A stretch of 64,000 bases of DNA from Oculina patagonica. Lineage: Eukaryota. The position numbers were made by a program, and so were the translations under genes. This document shows, in pieces, positions 13,374 through 24,821 of this stretch. The stretch is taken from positions 37,510,001-37,574,000 of the forward strand of contig NC_135763.1 in NCBI RefSeq assembly GCF_052425735.1, in the 5' to 3' direction. The notes under the pieces are model-generated. The model was not told where the DNA came from, searched no databases, and saw only the letters and a program-made list of their open reading frames with translations. The stretch's first letter is position 1. Each line of letters begins with the position of its first letter.

Positions 13374-15516
13374 TCATTCAGGTAGCTGTTGTCGACTTAA
13401 ATTAGCCCTTACCAAGAAAACAAATAAGAAGTTGAGAAAGTTAAAGGTTAAAAAAGATTTCTAAAGCTGTTATAAATTAATAGTGTTGTTTACCCAGTTT
13501 AGTATATCGGTATTGCATTTCCTGTAGCCATGATAACAGCGGTAAAATGCCATTGTTGTAAACTTGTTTATAATTTGTAATAAAGCGGTGACAAAAAATG
13601 GAATTCGCGTCAAATCGTCGCCACGAGAACTGCAAGATTTCAACACGATCAAGAGAGTTGAGATAAGCAGTTGGCGGGCCTAGCTAAAGTGATGTTCTTT
13701 TGCTCAAAACACAGGCAGAAAGCCAAGAGATCTTATTGGTGGATTTATAGTTATAATCGTATTTGTTTTCTTGTTTTGTTGGGGTGCGGAAATCACATCC
13801 TGATTCACAGTCTCTCGGTTACTTAAGCTTTATTCTGGAATAAAACAGAAAAAAAAATAAAGATATGAATAACAAAGGTTAAATTTTACACCACAGAGGA
13901 AAAAAAAATACCAGGGAAATTTAAAAACGTTACCAGGACCAGCGAGGTCAAAATTTTACCAGAGGCATAAAAAAAACTCATCAGGCCGTGTATTACTGGT
14001 GCCGGAGGTCTGTTACTTTGGAGTGCGTTAAGAAGGTGTGCATGTAAATAGAAATTATGAATTGATACTTAATTAACAGTCTTTGCAGTTAAGGCCCAGA
14101 CTACAAATCATATAAAGCCACAAACATGATGTTTTAATTTTTAAGCAGTTGTATAGTGGCTTAGCTTTTTGTAGACGAACTTAAAAAGGCCGGAATCTGG
14201 AAGCTGGTTTTTGAGTAAAATAACAACAAAATTTGATGCGTGTGTTCCCCGACTGTAATCCCTGATTAAAATGAATACAAAGTTTCTGGCTAGAATTCGA
14301 GAAAATCAGCGGTATTCTTAGAAAACACTGCCGTTGCTTTGGGAATCTGTGTTGCAAAGAAACCAATCCTATGGTGGTCTATGGTCATTTGGGGTCAGTT
14401 TGGTGTAGTTTGGCAAAGTAGAAAGTTGTCTCCGATAGATTTTTTATATTCATTTATTTTATATTTTGTATTAGCCTTGCACCGTAAGGCTAAAACAACT
14501 TCATCGAGCCTTGTTAATTCGACACGCGCACGGAAACACAACTAATCATTCAACTATATTTTGATTGTAAATTTAGCTAAATTTTTACGATTATTGTTTA
14601 ACAATGATTCCTTAATATCGCTGGAATTTTGTTCTGTCGCAAGTAGCAAAGAAATTAACTGTCGATTTTATTTTGCCGCAATTAACAAACAACAACATCC
14701 TCTTTATTTACAAATTACGCAAGCTGAGCGTTAATATTGATTTTGCACAGTAAGTTTCCATTCTGTTTTAGACGTTATTCTTTTGAGGTAAGGAGTACAT
14801 GTGGATATCAATACCATGAAGTGGCTACTTGATTCGGAGCTAAATAATATCAGGAATTTTAAACTACAGTGAAATCTAGTATAACGACCTTTTCTGGAGT
14901 TTATACGGCGAGGTCATTATCACGGTCACCTAGTCAATTCCTTAACTATGCTTGATATTAAGGACTATTTTGACATTAGCACTGGCACCTTACCATTAGT
15001 TATACCAAGTTAAGCCTTGCATAAAACATTGTCAACTTATAAAAGTTAAACGACATGAAACAACAATTCTAACAAAGTTTAAACCACGTTATACAATGCC
15101 GGGCAGGAATCACTCGTAAACGTTTCTTTTGCTTGGGGAAAGTGTACTAGCTCCTTTTAATCTGAAAAAAAAAATATTCACCACGCATTTTATGTTATGG
15201 AAGTAAGTAACAATGTTAATGGCAATTAAGGGCTATCATGATGAACTTCTGGCAAAAAAGTTTTTAATTCCCTCTCAGAAGAGCAATAGTCCAGGAACAA
15301 GACTTTTTTTTGGTCGCAGTCTTGTCATGGTGCCAGAACGCCCGAAGGAAGCGACGTCACAAGACGCGGCTCGGAAGTGCCGTACTGATCGAAAGGATCG
15401 GAATTTCTTCGTTAACGTTTACCATGGCCAGGTTTTGCCGAAAACTGATTTTGCACCCAGTTCTCCTATCGACGTGGGCAATTTGCCAAGCACGCGCAGA
15501 AGTGAGCCAAGAAAAT

Positions 15517-18500
15517 CTACAGCGCGCTGTCAAAACTTTCATCCAGCGTTGTATATTCGGCATCAGTCTCTTTCGTTTCTTGGTCTTCGCTCTGCAAAGA
15601 AACCTGAAGGGAGCTGGTATCTAAATTTTTGAAATTAGCGTTGCCGTCTTCAATGAGATTAGATGTACTGTTTGTTCTGTCTTCTTCATTATTTTCTTCT
15701 CGTTTGTTGTTGACCTCAAATCTCACCCCAGCTCTCCTGGCAGAAGAGTCAGTTCTCTGGAATCCGCCATCTTCATTTGTAATATCAAGACTTTTACGAG
15801 TTGTGGCGTTGTATGAAACTGTTGGTGCTGAGAGTCTTTTCGCCATGGAGGCAGCTCGACGCGTAGCATCTGTTTTGGGAAAATTAAAAATACGAACGAG
15901 AATGTGAATAGATAATAAAACAAAAATTAACAACAACGAAAGAATCAACGAAACTTCATTTTTCAATTGATACACGGAATGTGAACAACCAGTAAGACAA
16001 GCTTTAGGATTGTCGGTTATTTTTTTGTCTGTTAATTTCTTTAACGTTTTAACCATACATCTGAGCTACCTTTCTCTTTTTACTCCCGGAGCAAATCCTC
16101 CGACCAATTAAGATGTTTCAGTCTTTTATATCCGGGTATGAAACTTTAGGATGTGACCATTCAAATGAAAGCTGTTGAATAGTATTTTCATGTGGTACTG
16201 TTTATTACGCTGTACAAGGTGGCTCTGCAACTTTTTTTTATCTGTGGGCTCAAACCCTAATGTGAGACCATTCAAATAAAAGTTATTGGTGTTATAGGTT
16301 CTTCGACATTATGCGTAAAAAATCTCAATTTTTTTTTACTCATCTTCAAGTAGAGTGTAGGTTAAGCCCTTACCAAAGAATGATCCATCGGGTTTTTCCG
16401 CCCCGCACAAAGACAGGATTCTCTTGAAGATGTACATGTAGCCCTGGCGGTATCGCAGGCTCATTTTTCCGTACAAGATTGGGTTGATAAGGGCGTTCAC
16501 AAGCGAGCAGAAACCAATTATTATAACCTGACGGTGGTTGATTTGTCCTGTTACCATACTGTACAGGTTAATTAGCTGAAAGAAAAAAAGTGAACTATCA
16601 ATTACAATTTAAGGCTTCATATTTAAAAACTCGCGGCTTTTGTCAGTTGTCTGTTAAGGCGGGGGTTCACGTGAAATCCGTTTTTCCACCGTTTAATGTG
16701 GCGAATATCTCGTTGGCGTTTCAAGCAATCCAAAAACTCTCTGCTCATTTCACAAATCTATGTTTTGCAGTGTTTTGGGGATTTTTTTGGTGAATTTTGA
16801 GGATTTTTGGGAGGAGATAGTTTTTCTCAAAGGAGAAGTAAGATTTGGAGAAATAAGAAATATTGAAGATTAAGTGTGATTTTAAAAATTAGAATTTGAC
16901 AACCTGGAGTGCTCTTCCATAGGAGTCAACTGTTTGGTGGTAAAAAAAAAACTGTTTGGTGGTGATTTTAAAACAATTTTCTTTCACCTTTCTTTTCTTT
17001 TAACCTCGTAAAATTTCACTCAATTTCACATGTACCCCCGCCTTAAAACTTCGACTGTTTTTCAGTTGCTAGTAAGTATTTCCACGTATTTCAAGCACTT
17101 TCCTTCGTATCCGGGGAGATTCAGTTGCAGGGGGGATTGAGGATTTTTCTACGGAGGAGGTGCACCACTAAGGAATGGCGTAACTGACTAGTGACGTAAA
17201 CGAATTTCAATTTAAAAGCGACTTCTACGTCATCTCAGAGAGGGGTGCGCACCCCTCGCACTCTCCCGTCTAGATCCGCCCCTGGTCTGCGTTCTGAAGA
17301 CTCCGAGATAATCCAGGAGAGTTAGCATACTTTTCATACAACTGTCTTGTATTGCGCGCTACCGGAGTAGTGCCTTTGGGCCTCATTTTTTCTGCTCGTG
17401 GATAGTATTTCAGTCGGGGGAATAAGGGCCGTTTTGGCAAATCTTCGTTGAAGCACTCGAAAAAATTCCGAACCATTTTATCCAATCAAAAACTAGCTCG
17501 AGCGCTCACGAGTACTCCGAAAGCCGTCGCGTGTATAAATACGTCAGGTTGCTTAGCGACTTCTGGGCGAAAACTGTGGGCTCAGTCACTTCTCGGAGAA
17601 GTGATCGCATCAACTGGCACTTGTTCCCCCGACTGAATTAAGTAATTCTGTTCTATCCCACCGTAATAAAAAAGGCCAGACAAGAAAAAATCGGCATGTC
17701 AAGGACGTCAAGATTTTGACACTGTCAGTAGAACTTTGTTTTATTGCATAACAGACATTTGATTCTTCAATTTGAATGAGAACGCTTTCAAATAGGCAAT
17801 CGGTAAACACATTTTTTTTTCAAATCAGTTCTTTTAAGACATATCATGACATATGCCACATTATAAGCAAACATTACAACTAAAGTAATGTCGAAACATA
17901 GACTAATCTGTTGATTGCCTCAGTTTAAAAAGGGTGTCTGGAAAATGCGTATTGTTCCTGAGTTAACAGTCGTTGAAAAAGAATGTTGTTCGTGTTGCAA
18001 GAGTCAGCTTAACTTTCCTAGCGTGTAGCTTAGCTTACCGTTTATTATAAGGTCTTTTCTTTTAGATGAAAACTGAATTAAGCTGCATTAATTACAAAAT
18101 GCTATTATGAAAATTTTTCTTGGGATAAATTGTCTGGGAAAGAGGGGTGACCAAGAGGGAAGTCTTTCGGGTCGTGCAGTTTTCGATCAGCTGGAACTGA
18201 AGGCAGAATGATTTAAAGTTGGTAACTCAGGAATTGAGCTATGTTGATAAAGTTAATGCTGTCAGCGATAGAGAAATCATAAAGTCGATAATCCTTGTAT
18301 TGTTATCTCTAGTGAAGCTGTACTGACACGGCTGTTTGTGAAAGAAGACCAACAAAACCGCTTGATGTAGGGTCACTGAGCTGGTGCAAAACGAAGTGGT
18401 TTACTTGCAACAATGCCAAGAACGAGAACTACCGGAATTAAGAGAATTCAAGATTGCTACGCGGTTACTGTGGTTCAGCGAAATGTAAATATTTACCAGT

Positions 18501-20085
18501 TGAATGGAAGTAAAATATTTTATGCAAAATAGTGCTGCATAAAGAGGCAGTATAATTGTCGATCTTGAATAATTAGCTCTGAAAAAGTTTAAAATTTTAG
18601 AAAGATATAAACTCAGTAAATTTTCTATAAAATTCTGTTCAGTTTTTGTCGGACATGAAATTTTTCTTATTAAATTAATATTTCATTTCGTTGCTTTAGT
18701 TGTCGGTTTATGGAATGAGGTTTATTCAAAGTTGAAAAGAAAATATATATAAATAAAAGAAAATTAAAATGCAATTCAATTTCATTGAATGAAAAGCGCT
18801 AAATTACATGTATCAATTACTAGTGTTTTAGTAGTGTATACCAGGTTTTAATTTTTGCCATTGTTGACTAAATTGCATAAAAATTATGAACAAGTGAATC
18901 AAACTGAACACCCTCAAATAAATTTCTTTTCGAATATTGTTCGGGTGAACTAATTTCAATCGATGAAAAAGTAATCATCTCAAAAAAGTAATTTCTCTTT
19001 TGTGTGCATTGTTTTATTACATGGCCTAACCACTGGAATTAGAACAAAAATATTCAATAATGTATGAAAACAAAGGGCGCAGCTTTCAAAATGCCAGCCT
19101 AAATTTTTGTCAAACATTTTCAGATGTTTTCATTGCTTTTGTAGATGTTTTGGCTGTCACGGCGTAAGTCTTGAAAGTATTTGCGGTAGATGTTTTTTTA
19201 CCTTCACAAAAGTGATAAAAACACGCACTGCTACACGTATAAACACGCACACACGCACGGAAAACTCACCAAATAAGGCAACCAACTGATGTAATACAGC
19301 ACAACCACTATCGCCATCATGGTTGACATCTGCTTCACTTGCCGTGTACCAGCCGTTTCCCGCGCTTGTTGGTTTTTCCCGCCAGTTTGTCTCGCGGCTG
19401 CCATCGTTGACTGGCGCTTCACAAACTTCAAGCTTGATAACTTGATTGCAATAAAGCACACCAATACGATTATTAATTGAAGAATGCCGATACTTTCGAT
19501 AATATAGCCATACGCCACTCCAAAATCAAACAGTTGATAAAAGCAGTACCCGTCTCGATAACCCGATTTTCCAACCCCAATAAAAGGCAATATCGACATG
19601 AAGATAGAAAATAGCCAAATCGCCACGACAGCTATTCTCGCCCTCCCGATCGTAACAATGACATGGTGTTGTAAAGGCCGCGTTAACAGAATCGCTCTGT
19701 CGCCTGATATCAGTGTTATTGTGCACACAGAGGCAATACGGAATGTATACGTCAGAATAACAAACACGGCACACGACGCTCGAGTCCATAAATGAGGTCC
19801 GATGAAGTTATTCAGCAAGTTCAACATTTGCAAGGGGATAGCAGCATTGACAGCATCGGCCACAGACAGCGAAAATAACAACAAGTCGGCGATATTCCAC
19901 GGCTTGTAAAGACAGAGTGTTGTGATGATCAGGACATGTCCGAAGACCAGAAGAAGGATCACGACTTCCACAACAAGTCCCAAACTGGGATTGACTTGAA
20001 ATGGGGCAGCAGGAGCGCTTGTCGTTGTATTCGCTGACAAATTAGATAGTGTAGTGAAAAGAGTCGAAGCTGGCGCCGGCGACAT
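15517..20085 (-). CDS. Class A GPCR, prostanoid-receptor-like (paralog B), 3 exons, about 456 aa
   Basis: Exons 20085-19270 (TTG|GTGAGT, phase 0), 16575-16374 (G|GTAAGG, phase 1) and 15869-15517. Motifs LSVAD, DRA, LPFIGVG..GYCF, SWLPYL and NPILYG. Confidence 0.88.
16658..17042. mobile_element. Non-autonomous Kolobok-like DNA transposon
   Basis: TIRs ggcgggggttcacgtgaaat and atttcacatgtacccccgcc; TTAA on both flanks; RR..YY termini. Confidence 0.7.
17411..17635. mobile_element. MITE carrying CCAAT and TATA motifs
   Basis: TIRs cagtcgggggaataagggcc and ggcacttgttcccccgactg; internal CCAAT (17482) and TATAAA (17534). Confidence 0.55.
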
Positions 20086-21321
20086 CGCAACAAGACTCCC
20101 TCGGCGATGTCGAGTACCGAGTTCTTCAAGAGCTGTTCAGTTTGTTCAGCAAAGCCAATTGAAAACAATAACTCCCTATGGGGCACACATCTCCCAACAG
20201 GACAAGAGTTTAAGACATCGACAAAACACGCCTCAGATTGTCCTGTTTCGGAATGGGTCAGGAACGGTCAGGATATGTACTCAATGTTATCGAGTAAATG
20301 ATAAATCCCTTCGCAATAAATGCCTATATTGTACACTGTTTGCTTTCCTTGCTTCTCTTGACACCGCCGTTGTTTGCATTGTAAAACTGTCTCGTGAGAA
20401 ATCATTAAATGCCGGCAAAAGATCTAATTTAAAAAGTTAATTAGTTTTAAGAAGTTAATTGAATGCGCGGTTTAGTTTTTAGCTAATGCTAAATAGGTTT
20501 TGACGAGCTTGGTTGGGATCAATGTTTGAGAACAATTTAGTTTAGTATTGTTGTAAAAAGCAAATTATTTTATTTCACAGAACAAGGTAGCTTGTGAGAA
20601 CAGCTGGGTTTTTGGCCTGTTGCCTCACGCCGTCCATAAAAACTGACAGCGACTTCAGCAGACCAAAGTTTATCACTGCTTTCTACCGGGGATGTCGTCC
20701 AAAATCGTCGCTTTAAAAAACACTGCAAAATTAAAAATAAGTAAAAAATTTGTCGGTTTTCTTTTCTCTTTTTGCTTTATGATACCGCTATAGACCAAAA
20801 ACAAACACTAGCCGCTTTCTAGAAGTTAGCTAAAAAGAATCTATCACTCAAAAACTTCCGATCCAACCGGCACCTGTCGTGGAAACTCTAAGTAATTTCC
20901 TGCATTTTAGCTCATTTTTCGAAACTAGATACGCCCAGGCCAGGCCCGTTTGAGAATTAAGTAATCTTAACTAGGTGAGCCCCTCTCCCACAAAAAAACA
21001 ATTTGTTTTGAAAAATCGCTGTTATAATTTTATTATTTTAAACCTTTTCATTTCACGAGAGCGTTTTATCGAGCTACACCTTCAGAGCTTCTCGTGGATA
21101 AATAAACTTTGTCTATGTCTATGTGTATGTCAAAGCCGGCTGGGTTTTGACAACAAGACGCGACTCTCTTCGCCTTTAGTCCGTCCGCTCCTCGGCACTC
21201 TTCGGGAATTTTCGGGGTCTGACGGAGAAGACACTGAGAACGAAATTAATTTGAGCGATCCAATATGGCGGATGCGGCTTACCAAAATTTTGTTTTGTAG
21301 TCAAGTTAAGTTTATCGAACC

Positions 21322-24268
21322 ATGAGTGAGGCAACGGAAGACGCAGTCCTCTGCATGCAACATTGTACTAATCAGACGAATATATTTTTCACAAAGTTTC
21401 CGGAGACCTGTCCTCTGTGCGGCATTTCGCTGAAATGCTGTTCTTTGATAATTCCACCGTTTCGTGTTCCAAGCCCGTTTGTTTCACAGAATAATGTGTC
21501 TTGCGTTCTTTTGGTGAAACCTACAAAGGGTTCGTTCTTAAGGTAAGGAATAAAACTGATGTTATTGAAAGTTAGAACGAGAAAGTAGAGAACCGTGTAA
21601 CATAGGCGTATATTTAAATAGCTAAAATAACTGATTGCATATGGGCCGTGCCATTTGATATCCACCCCCCCTTTCAAAAAAGGGATTTTTAAGGGGCTTT
21701 GAAATTAATTTCTGAGGGGTTGCTCCATTGGCATCCTTTGGTCTTTTGAAAAAGTTTGAAGGGGTTAGGGAAAACATTGGCTTTTTCTAAAGAGGTTAAG
21801 AAAAACCAGGTTATTTCTGGAGGGGGGGGGGGGGCATCATCTTGGCACTTTGTTTTTCTTTCTTAGAAGGAGGAATTTTGACTTATCTATTGGGGGAGGG
21901 GGGTGGATATAAAATAGAATAACCCTAATGATCAGCTAAAAATCAATATAGAAAAATTTTCAGTTTTTATGAATTACAGCTTTGACCCTGTCATGTCACT
22001 TCAAATGTCAATCATAGAGTTGTTTGTTGAATGAAATGGATGCCAGAAGTGGATAAAAGTACTAAGTTATTTGCCCAATTTTGAGACGTTGATGTCTAAG
22101 TTGGAGATTTAAGGGTAGCTTGAAAGATTTATAAAAATAATGGATTTGCATGCTTGATGGCAAAAGGTTGCCATGTGTTGTTCCAGAAAATATCCATCCC
22201 TCCCCCCTGGAAGGTTTTTTGGTTTGACCTCACCCCTCTGGAAATTCCAGTTAAGCACCATACTTTCCCTTAAAAACTGATGTTGGCTTTTGACAACCCC
22301 TGGCCCCCTGGGAATTTCCAATGACCTTCCATGGGGTGGGTATGGATATTTTCTAAACTACACCATCCAGTTTTTGTCAGGCCTCGCAAAGACTTCTTAA
22401 AGTGTTGAAAGTTTCTTAAACATTCTATCCCAATGTCAAGATTATTTGAAGGATAAAATTTGTTTGAACAAGAGTCAAGTTAAGATCAGCAGTGTATTCA
22501 GAATGTAAATAAAATATTTAGTTCCATAATTTAGCACTGAGATTAGATTATTGTACGCAGAATGTCTTCATCTGATCACCTTGCAGAGACTACAAAAGTG
22601 GAGATGATCTTCATGTTGGAATTGCAGCGTCAAATGGAAAGGTTTATAATTTTGATGAACGAGGCCTCCATGCCGATGGCACTGATTGGGAGCAATGTAT
22701 TGCGGTGAGTGTGGATGACATTTATGTTTCTAGTCCAGAGGATTGGGACTCTAAACTTCAACAGATGTATTGCAGTGGCCAGTGGACTTCTAAAGAGTAA
22801 GTTAATAAACAATTTAAATGCAAATGGTTCCTTCACACAATCAGTGTGTGTTTGTTGCAAAGTAAGTCAAGAGAGTTCAGATAAGACTTGGAACTGTCAC
22901 ACGCACACTGCTAGTCCACTTTTAATTTTCAAGTGGTCATGCAACAACAGGAATGTAGCCTGGGGGGGGGGGGGCACTCTGCTGTTGTTGGGTGGGGGTG
23001 TGCTGCTGGGATTTTGAAACCCTTACCCTATACCAGACCATGTTCAGCTGATTTTGCAACCCTATACTGACTAGACACTAAAAAAATCCCTACGTACCCT
23101 ATCCCAGACATAGTCCTATTCTGGACTTCATTCTTCATATCACTGATCAGTTTCTTGGCAAATGATACCCTTTTCAAGTCCAAAACTCTCTGATTTTTAT
23201 ACCCTATCCCAGACTAAACTGTTTGAAAACCATACCCTACACAGGGTAACATACTCCTATATAGCTCATATATGGGAGTTCTCCCCCCCCCCTGGGGAAT
23301 GTAGGCTCTAGCCAAGTCAAATATTTTGATCATGTGCAGTGTGCATTATCAATTGTCAGGCAATCAGCTTTGAGCAGAAAAAAAACTCTGACTCTGCACA
23401 CAATTGCCAGAAGTCTGTTAATCATGGACTTTCCACTTATGTCCAGGATTGAACGCAGGTATTGTTTAATGAGTACTTCATGTTTGACTGTGTTATTTGA
23501 CCTTTCCATATTACTTCATATTTGACAAAATTTGGTGTGTTTTGGTGAATTTTTATTAATAAGGACACTTTGTGATGCCTGTCATGAGGAACGTGCATCT
23601 TATTAGCGTTCAATCCTGGACATATCTGGGACTTTCAATGGGACTTTGCAAGTGTCTGCCTTCTTGGTCCTGACTGAAAAAAGCAGGCTCTGAGATGAGA
23701 TTGACAATTACAGTCAACTCCCTCCTTGTGAAGTCCCAACTGTGGGTCCACACCCTTTTATTATGGACAGGAGTTGAAGTCCTGGGAAATAAGTATTACT
23801 GAAAATAACTCCTGCTAAGTACAGACTTTAATGGACACCAAATTGTGGCCCTAAAGGTGTCTTTTGTAGTGAGAGTTGACTCACATACATGTAGATAAGA
23901 AGCAAACGATGGTAATGATGATTACAACAATGGCAGTGATAATGATGATGATACATTGTAATGATAATGATGACGGTGTCATTAATGAGTTGAAATGAAA
24001 TGTTTTTGTTTTAAACTCTACAGTAATAGCAACATGTGAATATTTTTTCCCTTTCTCAAGGTATGATGAACACAGCAATAATTGCTATGATTTTACTTTG
24101 AGTTTCCTGAATCAGTTTTTACCTACAAATAAAAAGCCTTTTCAAAAGCCAGACTTTTGCAAGGATTTTATTGTTCCCTGGACAACAAAGGCTGCCTACT
24201 ACATTGATTTATATAGACGAGTACAGCAAGGTGGTGGAGTTTCTGTGGAAAGAAGTCGGTGGACATGA
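21322..24268 (+). CDS. MKRN2OS: MKRN2 opposite strand protein homolog (C3orf83/DUF4796), 3 exons, about 212 aa
   Basis: Exons 21322-21542, 22587-22796 and 24061-24268 (phase-2 GT-AG joins). Motifs QHC..CPLCG, PSPF, KPTKGSFLRDY..GDDLHVGI..SNGKVYNFDERG, WEQCI and YDEHSNNCYDF. Confidence 0.88.
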
Positions 24269-24400
24269 TTTTGAAGAGATGAATTTTGAACTTAGGATGT
24301 GAAAAGTGGAAATTTAGAAGGTAGCTTGGTTTATTATTCAGTTAGATGGCTTTGTCTGCACGTACATAAAAGAGTTGTTAGACTTGCAAAAAAGTACAGT

Positions 24401-24821
24401 CAGACCTCTCAAGTCTCACGACTTTAGGTTCTTGAATCTCACGGTCTCACGACAAGACACAAAAATCTCACGATAAACAGAGTCACAAGCTATAAGGATA
24501 CAATTTCTTGTATAATGTCATTTTTGGCTTACTAAGGCGGTTGTCTTGCACCAATTCTGTGTAAATCCGTAGCCAGCAAAGGTATTTCATTAGTTTGTTC
24601 CCTAGACACACAATCGAAGCCCATATATAGAAGACACAAGCCGTGAAAAGAACGTTAATTTTTGTGTTGCTAAAATAGGAAAAAAAACTCCTTCTCTTGA
24701 TTAGCACCTGGTTTTAGTTATTTTTGTCCGTCAGTTAATTAATCTCCTGGTTTTTACTCGAATCTCCCGGTTTTTTTACCTCGATCTCCAGATTTCCGGT
24801 TCTTTGAGGTTGAGAGGTCTG
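24401..24821. mobile_element. Non-autonomous hAT-like element with 6-bp TSD
   Basis: TIRs cagacctctcaa and ttgagaggtctg; TSD tacagt on both sides; sub-terminal tctcacg repeats. Confidence 0.75.

Noticed and set aside
15213-15907. Plus-strand ORFs overlapping the GPCR B last exon and 3'UTR
   Set aside because: Antisense shadow ORFs with no recognisable motifs or splice support.
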